Positions 1 through 9,007 of a stretch of 64,000 nucleotides of DNA are shown in pieces. Made by a program: the position numbers and the translations under genes. Below the pieces are notes generated by a model. It did no database searches. It saw nothing but the letters and a program-made list of their open reading frames with translations, and had not been told where the DNA came from. The first letter of the stretch is position 1, and each line of letters begins with the position of its first letter. The stretch covers positions 1,143 through 65,142 of the forward strand of contig CANGEV010000007.1 in the NCBI GenBank assembly GCA_947452995.1. Direction: 5' to 3'. The DNA is from Chitinophagales bacterium (GTDB lineage Bacteria; Bacteroidota; Bacteroidia; Chitinophagales; CAIODY01).

Positions 1-311
1 TCGTAACAGAACTTCGAAAACTATTTGACGATGCTAACTTCTGGTACTCGAATGCTGTTTATCCTTCTGATGAATTGGCTATACGATTTAAGCATCGAAT
101 TGTACAGATTCATTGTTTCCCCAATGGAAACGGACGCCACAGCCGATTGATGGCAGATATTATTGCAGAGAAACTCTTTAAACAGCCGGTATTCACTTGG
201 GGAAGAAAACAACCGATTGCAGAACAGACGATCAGAGACTCTTACCTAAAAGCAATGCAGCTTGCTGATTCAGGCGACTTTAGTGCCTTATTAAAATTTG
301 CAAGGTCTTGA
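1..311 (+). CDS. Fic/DOC-family protein, C-terminal ~103 codons (mobile mystery protein B-like); gene starts left of the window
   Basis: Frame is open from base 3. Fic active-site motif HCFPNGNGRHSR (HxFxxGNGRxxR). TGA stop at 309-311. Confidence 0.8.
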   Translation, partial: VTELRKLFDDANFWYSNAVYPSDELAIRFKHRIVQIHCFPNGNGRHSRLMADIIAEKLFKQPVFTWGRKQPIAEQTIRDSYLKAMQLADSGDFSALLKFARS

Positions 312-395
312 TTTTGTTGTCAGTAATCCTTATTGACAAAATAAGGTAAAAATTGCTGGCGATTGCCCTCGCTTTCTAATTTCCACTTATTTGTA

Positions 396-403
396 TATTT
401 TTG
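396..403 (+). promoter_or_regulatory. Candidate Bacteroidota -7 box TATTTTTG upstream of galE
   Basis: Matches TAnnTTTG. Only 4 nt before the ATG at 408, implying a leaderless or near-leaderless transcript. No TTG at proper -33 spacing. Confidence 0.3.
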
Positions 404-407
404 ATAA

Positions 408-1415
408 ATGTCCAAGATTGTTGTTACGGGTGGATGCGGCTATATAGGCAGTCATACGATTGTCGACTTGATTCAAAACGGCTTCGATGTCGTTTGTCTC
501 GATAATTTGGTGCGCGGAAAACGTTCGCAATTGGATTGTATTAGAGCAATAACAGGTGTCGAGATTCCTTTTTATGAAGTGGATATGTGTGATAGAGCGG
601 CGCTTTCATCCGCCTTTGAAGCAATAGGTTCTGTTGTAGGGGTTATTCATTTTGCCGCTTTAAAATCTGTGCCGGAGTCGGTGGAAAAACCGGAATGGTA
701 CATGCAAAATAATATGCTCGCGCTACAGAACTTGGTGGAAACCATGCTTGCGAAACAGATTCACCATTTAGTGTTTTCTTCCTCATGCGCCGTATATGGC
801 AATCCTGCTGTTTTGCCTGTTACTGAAGAGTGTCCATTTTCAGCACCCACCTCTCCTTACGCTGCCTCCAAACAAGCGGGTGAATTATTTTTGAAGCAAG
901 TAATCACACAAAATGCGGCATTCCATTGCTCTATCCTCCGTTATTTTAACCCTATTGGCGCACATCCAAGTGGACTAATAGGCGAAAATCCAGATAGCGC
1001 TACCACCAATCTCTTACCACTCATTCTGAAAGTGGCTATGGGAGAACAGCCTTGTCTTTTTGTTAATGGCGATGATTACGAGACCCCCGATGGAACAGCT
1101 ATTCGTGATTATGTGCACGTCTGCGATGTTGCCCACGCACATGTTTTAGCCTATAAAGCATTATTAGATTCATCCAAGAAAACGCTTCAAATTTACAATC
1201 TGGGTAGTGAAAAAGGATACTCCGTTTTGGAAATGATTCACGCATTCGAAGCGGTGAATGGGGTAAAAATTCCGTATCAAGTGTCGAAGCGAAGAGCGGG
1301 TGATCCGGCTGCGATTTATGCCGATGCAAGTAAGGCGAAAAAGGACCTTAATTGGTTGCCTTTGAATGGCTTAATCGAAATGCTCGGAACCGCTTGGCAA
1401 TGGGCGAAAAAGTGA
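408..1415 (+). CDS. galE: UDP-glucose 4-epimerase
   Basis: 335 aa. Rossmann motif VTGGCGYIGSH, catalytic YxxxK in SPYAASK, full-length GalE-like layout. Confidence 0.9.
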   Translation: MSKIVVTGGCGYIGSHTIVDLIQNGFDVVCLDNLVRGKRSQLDCIRAITGVEIPFYEVDMCDRAALSSAFEAIGSVVGVIHFAALKSVPESVEKPEWYMQNNMLALQNLVETMLAKQIHHLVFSSSCAVYGNPAVLPVTEECPFSAPTSPYAASKQAGELFLKQVITQNAAFHCSILRYFNPIGAHPSGLIGENPDSATTNLLPLILKVAMGEQPCLFVNGDDYETPDGTAIRDYVHVCDVAHAHVLAYKALLDSSKKTLQIYNLGSEKGYSVLEMIHAFEAVNGVKIPYQVSKRRAGDPAAIYADASKAKKDLNWLPLNGLIEMLGTAWQWAKK

Positions 1416-1527
1416 TAATAAGTCTCTCCTAAACATTAATCTGTTTTTTTTGTTTTATTGGTCGATATTGTTTTGAAATATTGACAAAAATCAGCATTTT
1501 TATAGGTACTATACAGCCACCATCGAA

Positions 1528-4500
1528 TTGAATAATTTTTTACGATATAGTTTGACGCTAATGCTACTTTTCTGCTTTGGAAAGGTTTCAGCTACACATA
1601 TTGTAGGAGGCGATTTGACTTATGTTTATAATGGTGGAACAAGTTATACATTTACCTTAACCCTTTATAGAGACTGTCAAAATTCTACCACCACCTTTCC
1701 TAACCCTTCAGGTGGCGGTGGTGGTGGCGGTGCAACGACCCCAAAGCTCTATGTGTATTATACTTCAGGCTTTGCACCTGCTACCCTTGGAACTGCTTAT
1801 GGATCGGCATTAAATCTTGCGTTTGCACCAGGGTATAATACAACAGGTACTACCGTTAGCCCGTATTATTACTCCCCGTGCCTTACATTTCCTTCCGGGA
1901 TATGTGTCAAGAAAGCGGTATATACCGCTACAACAAACTTGCCTGCAACGCCAGGAGGTTACACAATTTTATATCAAAATTGCTGCCGTAACTCAAGCGT
2001 AAATTTTAGTATCAATACTTCGCAAGACGGTGCAACTTATCTATGCGAAGTGCCAGGGTCTCCTAATCAGGCGAATAGTAGTCCGGTTTTTACCACCTTG
2101 CCTCCGATTGCAATTTGTCAAAACTCTCCATTCTCATTTCCATGTGGTGCTACAGACCCGAATGGAGATCAATTGGTTTATAGTCTGAATACACCATTCA
2201 ATGGTACCATGACACCTCCAACTGGATTTGCTGGTTTGACGTGGAACGGAGGCTATTCATTAAGTAATTTTGTCGGTGGCTCGCCTGCCTTGGCTATCGA
2301 TCCTAATACAGGCGTATTAACCTGTTATCCTCCTAATGCTGGAACTTTCTGTGTTGGAATTAAAGTGGAGGAATATCGAAACGGCGTTTATATAGGTTGT
2401 ATTTATCGAGATATTCAATTCAATATCAATCCCTGCGTAACGGTAGTTTCAGCTGCAGTTGCCAATACTGCAGGCTTTAATTATGTGCTTGCTTGTGGAA
2501 GTAAATCAGTAACCTTTACAAATAACTCGACTCCAATAAATGGGTCATTGACCACCTTTTGGTGGGACTTCGGTGATCCAACAACCACAGCAGACACTTC
2601 ACGACTTCAAACGCCTACCTACACTTATTCTGATACCGGAACCTATACCGTTCAATATATCATGAATCCTGGTCAAATAGGGTCATGCTCCGATACTGTT
2701 TACAAAACAGTTAAGGTATATGATAAGCCGTTTGTAAAGTTTGGTTATAGCACTAATAAAGTTTGTTCTAATATAAATTTTCGCGACTCCTCCATTGTCA
2801 AGCAAAACCCAAGTACGGCAACATTCAAATGGTCCTTTGGTGACGGAACCTATTCTACATCACAAAATCCAAGTCATATTTATTCAGCTACCGGAAATTA
2901 TAGTGTGAAATTAGTTGTCACGCAATCATCCGGCTGTAAGGATTCGCTTACAAAAGTGCTGTCAATTATAGGGCCATATCCAACCGCAACAATAAATGTC
3001 GTTACGCCGAATTGTAAATCTAAAGTGATAACGTTTACTTCCGCAAGCGCCTATTCCTATTGGTGGAACTTCGGCAATTTGAGTTCCTTGGGAGATACTT
3101 CGTTGCTTGGCAATCCAAGCTATACCTATCCTGATACGGGTGCTTATACCGTAACGTTAAAAATCAATCAGACATTAGCCGCCGCTTGTCGAAGCACAGC
3201 TACTGTCGTTGTTAAAACCTATCCTCCATTTAATGCGGGCTTAAAAATTTTCCCGAATCCGACTTGCGTTAATACTCCTGTGTCCTTTACCGACACTTCG
3301 AAAGGTGCATTAATGCCTAATTACTGGAGCCTAAATTTTGGTGATGGCTCTCCATTGCAAACATCGTATAGCGCTCCATTCACAGCTTCCCATCCTTATG
3401 CTTCCATAGGAACATATCCTGTGAAGTTCTTGATAAAAAATAGCGCTGGTTGTAGAGATAGTATTCAAACAAATATCAATATTCAAGCACCTCCCGTTGC
3501 AGCAATTAGTGTCCCTCCGTTGATATGTAATTCGATGCTCATCGCTCCGGCTTCTGTAAATACAGCTTACTCCTATGCCTGGGATTTCGGACAGCAAAAT
3601 TCAAGTACAGATACATCCTCCTTAATGAGCCCTGCTTATACCTATTCAGATACAGGCTTACATCAAATACGGCTTATCCTTAACCCTACCATCGGAGGCA
3701 CTTGTACGGATACTGCCTATGCTTCGGTAAAAGTGTATGCGCCCTTAATAGCCGACTTTGTACAAAATCCATCTATCGCTTGTATTGGCAACTCTACCCA
3801 GTTTAATAATTTATCCTCGGGCATTGTTTCTCCTACCTCATACCAATGGACTTTCTCGGATGGATTTAGTTCGACAGCTTTGAATCCAATTCACGCCTTC
3901 AGTGCAATTGATACGTATCAAGTGAAGTTGTTGACGCAATATGCAACAATAGGTTGTTCGGATAGTATGCAAAAGGATGTAATCATTTATCCGATCGCTA
4001 ACGCAATAATTTCTACAGCACCTTTACAGTGTAACTCACTCGCAGTAAATTATATGACCCCTTCTGTTGCGGGCTCTTATAATTGGAATTTTGGGGATCC
4101 TAATACAAGTAATGATACGTCATCAAATCAAATTGCAAGCTATATCTATGCAGATACAGGAACATATACAGTACGTCAAATTCTCAACATAGGAATGGCA
4201 GGTACCTGCTCCGATACTGTCTATAAAACGATTCGCGTATATGGACCCATAAAATCCTATTTTAAATATGTGCCGCATATTGTTTGCCCGAATTATCCTA
4301 TTCAATTTATTGATTCTTCGTATGGTCGTTCGAAACCAACGCTTCGTAAGTGGGATTTCGGTGATGGAACTGCTCCTGTCTTTGGCACAAACGTGAATCA
4401 TGCCTATGTCACTCCAGGTGCTTATACTGTGATGCTCGTTGTTTTCAATGCGCAAGGCTGCTCGGATACGAGTGTTCAGATAGTCAATGTTATCAGTCCG

Positions 4501-6195
4501 CTTCCTCCGAATTTTGCTATCAACGCACCAACTTTGAGCTGTCGTAATTCAGTTGCCTTTTCATCCAATTTTTCAGCACCTACTTACTTATGGAACTTCG
4601 GCGAGCCTAGCTCTCCTTTCAATTCTAGTAGCTTTTCAAATCCTACCCACGCTTATGTTAACCCAGGATATTATTCGGTTACTTTGGTTGCCTATCCAGG
4701 CACAGGCTGTGCTGATACTGCAGTCCATGTGGTGAATGTTCAATTTGGCTTGCAAGCAGGCTTTGATACAGTAGGTGTATGTGTCTATGATTCTGCAATT
4801 GTTCAGCAACAAACGATCCCTGGCCCTGGAAGCCTAATTCAAGCAATGTGGTATTGGGGCGATGGCGATAGTACATCCTCCACGAATAATTATGTAAAGC
4901 ATTTGTACACGAATGCAGGTACCTATTCCATTAATATGGTGGTTACGAACTCATGGGGTTGTCAAGATTCTATTCAAATTCCAATTAATATTTATCCGCG
5001 TCCGATTATCAATATCAGCGCTGCTACGTCTGTCTGTAACCTCGATACAATAAATCTTTCGGCACATGGTGGAGGGGTTTATCAATGGACCCCGAACTAT
5101 GCTATCGATAGTTTAAACAGTGCGACACCTCGAGTAACGCCAGATAAAACAACCACCTATCATGTAAAAGTCACCTCAGTAGTTGGATGTATAGACACGG
5201 CCAGTGTTGTCATTACCAATGTCAACCCTCCTTCACGTGGTATTGTACTTGATTCAGCAATTTGTTATGGCGATAGTGCTATTTTACGTGGCGGACTTGC
5301 TAGTAACAAGTATACGTGGTTGCCTAACTATAATTTGTCCTCTACTAAAGTGGCTAATCCATGGGCCTTCCCGCTAGTGGCAACCACCTATACGGTACAT
5401 GTTGCTGACGGAGCTTGTGTACATGATGATACCTTCAAGTTGAATGTTGTTAAACTCGCTAATCCAAATGCTGGTCAAGATATTACAATTTGTAAAGGGG
5501 CAAACGCAACCTTGCAAGGTACAGGTGGGGTGTTCTATACTTGGTCGCCCAATACAAATATGTCTTTTTCGAATACTGCCAATCCTGTTGTTTATCCCGA
5601 TTTGACGACCACCTATACACTAACGGTAATTGATACTTTTAGTTGCCTTAAGCCAATTTCAGATCAAGTGATCGTGCATGTAGAAAATTTTAATTGGGCC
5701 TATGCAGGTGCTGACACCTCTGGCGTAAAAGGTATTCCTATTGAGCTTCATGCCGAAGGAGGGATAACATATTCATGGCAACCAATCTATGGATTAGATA
5801 ATCCCAATAGCCAAAATCCAAGTGCGACATTGGATAAGGATATGACCTACGTTGTGACAGTGACTTCTGTAAATGGATGTATTGATCATGATACTTTGCA
5901 CGTTATAATTTTCCCTGAGATTACGGCTTACGTTCCAAATGCCTTTACTCCGAATGGAGATGGTGTGGATGATGTCTTTATTCCAATTTATGCAGGTGTG
6001 ACAGGTCTTATGGAGTTCTCCGTTTATGATCGATGGGGCAATAAAGTTTTTACAACCACCGATCGAAATGAAGGTTGGGACGGTACCTACAAAGGGCAAC
6101 AGTCAGAAATTGGGGCCTATGTTTGGATGATGCGTGTACGCGACCTTACAGGCGCAGAATGGCTAAAAAAAGGTGATGTAACCTTAATTCGTTAA
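1528..6195 (+). CDS. Giant secreted adhesin-like protein: Cys-rich N-terminal domain, 10 PKD-like domains, 4 Ig-like repeats, T9SS type B C-terminal sorting domain
   Basis: 1555 aa. TTG start gives signal peptide MNNFLRYSLTLMLLFCFGKVSA. Ten W-x-FGD PKD signatures. C-terminus YVPNAFTPNGDGVDDVF...YDRWGNKVF...GWDG matches the gliding-motility type B CTD. Confidence 0.85.
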   Translation: MNNFLRYSLTLMLLFCFGKVSATHIVGGDLTYVYNGGTSYTFTLTLYRDCQNSTTTFPNPSGGGGGGGATTPKLYVYYTSGFAPATLGTAYGSALNLAFAPGYNTTGTTVSPYYYSPCLTFPSGICVKKAVYTATTNLPATPGGYTILYQNCCRNSSVNFSINTSQDGATYLCEVPGSPNQANSSPVFTTLPPIAICQNSPFSFPCGATDPNGDQLVYSLNTPFNGTMTPPTGFAGLTWNGGYSLSNFVGGSPALAIDPNTGVLTCYPPNAGTFCVGIKVEEYRNGVYIGCIYRDIQFNINPCVTVVSAAVANTAGFNYVLACGSKSVTFTNNSTPINGSLTTFWWDFGDPTTTADTSRLQTPTYTYSDTGTYTVQYIMNPGQIGSCSDTVYKTVKVYDKPFVKFGYSTNKVCSNINFRDSSIVKQNPSTATFKWSFGDGTYSTSQNPSHIYSATGNYSVKLVVTQSSGCKDSLTKVLSIIGPYPTATINVVTPNCKSKVITFTSASAYSYWWNFGNLSSLGDTSLLGNPSYTYPDTGAYTVTLKINQTLAAACRSTATVVVKTYPPFNAGLKIFPNPTCVNTPVSFTDTSKGALMPNYWSLNFGDGSPLQTSYSAPFTASHPYASIGTYPVKFLIKNSAGCRDSIQTNINIQAPPVAAISVPPLICNSMLIAPASVNTAYSYAWDFGQQNSSTDTSSLMSPAYTYSDTGLHQIRLILNPTIGGTCTDTAYASVKVYAPLIADFVQNPSIACIGNSTQFNNLSSGIVSPTSYQWTFSDGFSSTALNPIHAFSAIDTYQVKLLTQYATIGCSDSMQKDVIIYPIANAIISTAPLQCNSLAVNYMTPSVAGSYNWNFGDPNTSNDTSSNQIASYIYADTGTYTVRQILNIGMAGTCSDTVYKTIRVYGPIKSYFKYVPHIVCPNYPIQFIDSSYGRSKPTLRKWDFGDGTAPVFGTNVNHAYVTPGAYTVMLVVFNAQGCSDTSVQIVNVISPLPPNFAINAPTLSCRNSVAFSSNFSAPTYLWNFGEPSSPFNSSSFSNPTHAYVNPGYYSVTLVAYPGTGCADTAVHVVNVQFGLQAGFDTVGVCVYDSAIVQQQTIPGPGSLIQAMWYWGDGDSTSSTNNYVKHLYTNAGTYSINMVVTNSWGCQDSIQIPINIYPRPIINISAATSVCNLDTINLSAHGGGVYQWTPNYAIDSLNSATPRVTPDKTTTYHVKVTSVVGCIDTASVVITNVNPPSRGIVLDSAICYGDSAILRGGLASNKYTWLPNYNLSSTKVANPWAFPLVATTYTVHVADGACVHDDTFKLNVVKLANPNAGQDITICKGANATLQGTGGVFYTWSPNTNMSFSNTANPVVYPDLTTTYTLTVIDTFSCLKPISDQVIVHVENFNWAYAGADTSGVKGIPIELHAEGGITYSWQPIYGLDNPNSQNPSATLDKDMTYVVTVTSVNGCIDHDTLHVIIFPEITAYVPNAFTPNGDGVDDVFIPIYAGVTGLMEFSVYDRWGNKVFTTTDRNEGWDGTYKGQQSEIGAYVWMMRVRDLTGAEWLKKGDVTLIR
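2491..5026 (+). repeat. Array of ten PKD-like domains organised as five A/B didomain units (period about 501-516 nt)
   Basis: The motif Phe/Trp codon falls at 2569, 2836, 3070, 3337, 3586, 3853, 4090, 4357, 4597 and 4855. A-to-B spacing is 267 nt in four of five pairs. Confidence 0.75.
5030..5910 (+). repeat. Four Ig-like repeats of about 77 aa (C-x...Y-x-W-x-P-N...TTY-x-V...C-x-D)
   Basis: The conserved Trp codon of YQWTPN/YTWLPN/YTWSPN/YSWQPI falls at 5086, 5317, 5542 and 5776 (spacing 231, 225, 234 nt). Confidence 0.6.
5920..6192 (+). other. T9SS type B C-terminal sorting domain (coding segment of the adhesin)
   Basis: ITAYVPNAFTPNGDGVDDVFIPIY...FSVYDRWGNKVFTT...GWDGTYKGQ...GAYVWMMRV...GDVTLIR. 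Confidence 0.8.
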
Positions 6196-6239
6196 GAGTT
6201 GGCCTTGATTTTATTTCTGTTTTTTTAGTTGGAATGTTC

Positions 6240-6247
6240 TATTTTTG
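6240..6247 (+). promoter_or_regulatory. Candidate -7 box TATTTTTG upstream of apbC/mrp
   Basis: Matches TAnnTTTG, 18 nt before the ATG at 6266. No well-spaced -33 TTG seen. Confidence 0.35.
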
Positions 6248-6265
6248 TAGCCTAAATTTTAGGTT

Positions 6266-7366
6266 ATGTCGTTTACTAAAGAACAAGTGTTGCATGCGTT
6301 AAGTCATGTAGATGATCCAGATTTACGTAAGGATATTGTTACATTGAATATGGTGCAGGATGTAGTGATTGAAGGCGATAAAATCGCTTTCACGGTTGAA
6401 TTGACCACTCCAGCTTGTCCGATGAAAGATATGATTCGCACTGCATGTTTGAATGCGATCAAGATGATGGTGAGCAAAGAAGCTATTGTTGATATTAATA
6501 TGTCGAGTCGTGTTACGTCGCAACGTAAAGATGATCAGGCTGTACTGCCAAAAGTTAAAAATATAATTGCCGTTGTCAGCGGAAAAGGAGGAGTAGGTAA
6601 GTCGACAGTTTCAACGAATTTAGCATTAGGATTGGGTAAAATGGGTGCGAAGGTAGGGTTGCTAGATGCTGATATTTACGGACCTTCATTACCGCTTATG
6701 ATGGGACTAACTACACGCAAGCCAAATATGGTGAGTGTGGATGGAAAGCATAAAATTGAGCCTATAGAACATATGGGTATTAAGAGTGTTTCGATTGGTT
6801 TGTTGATTGATGAAACGCAAGCAGTTGTTTGGAGAGGACCAATGGTATCTTCTGCCATTCGACAGTTGATTACCGACGTTCATTGGGGAGAATTGGATTA
6901 TCTGATTATTGATATGCCTCCAGGTACTGGTGATGTTCACCTAACACTTGTTCAATTGGTGCCTATTACGGGTGCTGTAGTGGTTACTACGCCACAGGAT
7001 GTCGCTTTAGCTGATGCACGTAAAGCTGTGAGTATGTTTAGTATGGGACAGATAAAAGTTCCTGTGCTTGGTGTTGTGGAGAATATGAGTTGGTTTACAC
7101 CGAAGGAGTTGCCGAATAATAAGTATTATATCTTTGGCGAAAATGGAGGACAACGTTTAGCTAATGAATGCGGGTTACCATTATTAGCACAATTGCCTTT
7201 GGTACAAGGTATTCGTCAAGGAGGAGATGAAGGTCATCCTGCTGTTTTACAAGCTGATGAATTGATCTCTGCTCCGTTTGATAACTTGGCCGCAACAGTA
7301 GCCCAGCAAGTCGCTATTCGTAATGCGAACATGGAACCGACTAAAATTGTCAACGTCGTACATTAA
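6266..7366 (+). CDS. apbC: Iron-sulfur cluster carrier ATPase (Mrp/ApbC/NBP35 family)
   Basis: 366 aa. N-terminal DUF59-like segment (HVDDPDLRKDIVTLNMV), deviant Walker A SGKGGVGKST, typical Mrp length. Confidence 0.9.
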   Translation: MSFTKEQVLHALSHVDDPDLRKDIVTLNMVQDVVIEGDKIAFTVELTTPACPMKDMIRTACLNAIKMMVSKEAIVDINMSSRVTSQRKDDQAVLPKVKNIIAVVSGKGGVGKSTVSTNLALGLGKMGAKVGLLDADIYGPSLPLMMGLTTRKPNMVSVDGKHKIEPIEHMGIKSVSIGLLIDETQAVVWRGPMVSSAIRQLITDVHWGELDYLIIDMPPGTGDVHLTLVQLVPITGAVVVTTPQDVALADARKAVSMFSMGQIKVPVLGVVENMSWFTPKELPNNKYYIFGENGGQRLANECGLPLLAQLPLVQGIRQGGDEGHPAVLQADELISAPFDNLAATVAQQVAIRNANMEPTKIVNVVH

Positions 7367-7397
7367 TTGTCGATAAATTGGGGAAATGTTGATTATT

Positions 7398-7413
7398 GGG
7401 CTATAAATAGCCC
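7398..7413 (+). terminator. Possible weak terminator hairpin after apbC
   Basis: Palindrome GGGCTAT-AA-ATAGCCC, but no immediate T-tract. Confidence 0.3.
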
Positions 7414-7452
7414 GTAATATTGTTCATTTTTGTAGGGATAAATTCTGACGAA

Positions 7453-8262
7453 ATGAATAAACAACAATTGGTAGAAAGTATTCGTACCAAAAAGAATTTC
7501 TTGTGTGTAGGTTTAGATACCGACTTGTCAAAAATTCCATCGCATCTTTTAAAAGAAGAGGATCCTCTTTTTGCATTTAATAAAGCAATAATTGACGCAA
7601 CTAGAAACTATTGTGTTAGCTATAAACCCAATCTTGCATTTTATGAGGCACAAGGATTGGTAGGTTGGAATGCATTGATCAAGACCGTAAATTATATTGG
7701 GGATTCCCATTTTATCATTTTAGATGCAAAACGCGGTGATATAGGTAATACAGCCGAACAATACGCTAAAACTTTTTTTGAATCAATGCCAGGTGATTCA
7801 GTTACGATCGCGCCTTATATGGGCGAAGATGCAATTACTCCATTTTTGAAATACGAAAACAAAACTGCAATCGTATTGGCCTTAACATCTAACCCAGGTG
7901 CTGCGGATTTTCAGTTGATTGAATCGAATGGTACAGCACTCTACGAAGTAGTATTACAAAAAACGGCTTCGTTAGGTAATACAGATAATATTATGTTCGT
8001 GGTAGGTGCAACGCGACCAGAATATTTTACCAAAGTTCGAGCAATAGTTCCGGATCATTTCTTGTTAGTACCAGGTGTCGGAGCACAAGGCGGTTCATTG
8101 GAAGAAGTTTATAAATTTGGTGCAAATACTGAAGTCGGTTTGATCGTAAATGTCAGCCGTCAAATTTTATATGCGTCCAACGGCCAAGATTTCGCAGAAA
8201 AAGCAGCAGTAGTTGCGAAGGATTATGCGTATCAAATGAATAAATTGATGGAACATGCGTAA
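7453..8262 (+). CDS. pyrF: Orotidine 5'-phosphate decarboxylase (long type 2 form)
   Basis: LCVGLDTD and [12 protein letters not shown] motifs. I prefer the ATG at 7453 (MNKQQLVES) over the TTG at 7420 in the ORF track. Confidence 0.85.
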   Translation: MNKQQLVESIRTKKNFLCVGLDTDLSKIPSHLLKEEDPLFAFNKAIIDATRNYCVSYKPNLAFYEAQGLVGWNALIKTVNYIGDSHFIILDAKRGDIGNTAEQYAKTFFESMPGDSVTIAPYMGEDAITPFLKYENKTAIVLALTSNPGAADFQLIESNGTALYEVVLQKTASLGNTDNIMFVVGATRPEYFTKVRAIVPDHFLLVPGVGAQGGSLEEVYKFGANTEVGLIVNVSRQILYASNGQDFAEKAAVVAKDYAYQMNKLMEHA

Positions 8263-9001
8263 AAAAATTGTTGCCGCGAATTGGAAGATGAACCTGAATT
8301 TAGCAAGTGCTTCCGCCTTGTTAGAGGCTCTTTCATCGATGGAAAATAGTTCTTGTGATGTGGTGGTTTGTCCGTCCTTCCCATTTTTGCCTTTGGCTCA
8401 ATCCAAACTTTCTGCGCAACTCAAATTAGGAGCGCAAAATGTACATCATGTTGCGGAGGGCGCTTTCACAGGTGAAGTAAATACTCAAATGTTAAAAGAT
8501 TTTGGTGTGAGCTATTGTATCGTAGGGCATAGTGAACGAAGAGAGTATTCTGGTGAAACAGACTCGCTTATCGCGGAAAAAGTAAAAGCCTTGCTTCAAT
8601 CAAAAATTCAAGCAATCTATTGTTGTGGTGAGAAATTAGAAGTAAGACAGAACAATTCGCATCTCGATTACGTAGAAAATCAAATACGTACTTGCTTTTC
8701 TATGTTTGATGCCGCTCAAGTTCAAAATATTGTGATTGCTTACGAGCCTGTATGGGCTATAGGAACAGGCATGACCGCTACTCCGCAACAAACAGAAGAA
8801 ATGCACCTACATATTCGAAATGTTTGGGCTGATCTTTTTGGTAAAAACTCAGCTGAATCTTTGTCAATTTTGTACGGAGGAAGTTGTAAGGCGGATAATG
8901 CTGCTACAATTTTTGCAATGCCTAATGTTGATGGAGGTTTGATTGGAGGGGCTTCGCTTAAAATAGATGAGTTTAAAGTAATTGTAAACGCTTGTAAATA
9001 A
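8255..9001 (+). CDS. tpiA: Triosephosphate isomerase
   Basis: AANWKMN, VGHSERR and [11 protein letters not shown] motifs. Overlaps the pyrF stop by 8 nt. Confidence 0.95.
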   Translation: MRKKIVAANWKMNLNLASASALLEALSSMENSSCDVVVCPSFPFLPLAQSKLSAQLKLGAQNVHHVAEGAFTGEVNTQMLKDFGVSYCIVGHSERREYSGETDSLIAEKVKALLQSKIQAIYCCGEKLEVRQNNSHLDYVENQIRTCFSMFDAAQVQNIVIAYEPVWAIGTGMTATPQQTEEMHLHIRNVWADLFGKNSAESLSILYGGSCKADNAATIFAMPNVDGGLIGGASLKIDEFKVIVNACK

Positions 9002-9007
9002 ATTTGA

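Noticed and set aside
1711-1731. GGY codon run (Gly7), and the CCN run in tonB at 45521-45553, considered as slippage-prone or phase-variable simple repeats
   Set aside because: The codons are mixed (ggt/ggc, and ccg/cca/cct), so there is no long perfect nucleotide repeat. Any slippage would be in multiples of 3. Pro-rich spacers are normal in TonB.
7420-7452. Longer N-terminal extensions in the ORF track (7420, 24454, 29242, 33693, 39122, 45212, 59102)
   Set aside because: In each case a downstream ATG gives a proper signal peptide or the conserved family N-terminus. Two of the extensions (29242, 33693) would run through intrinsic terminators.
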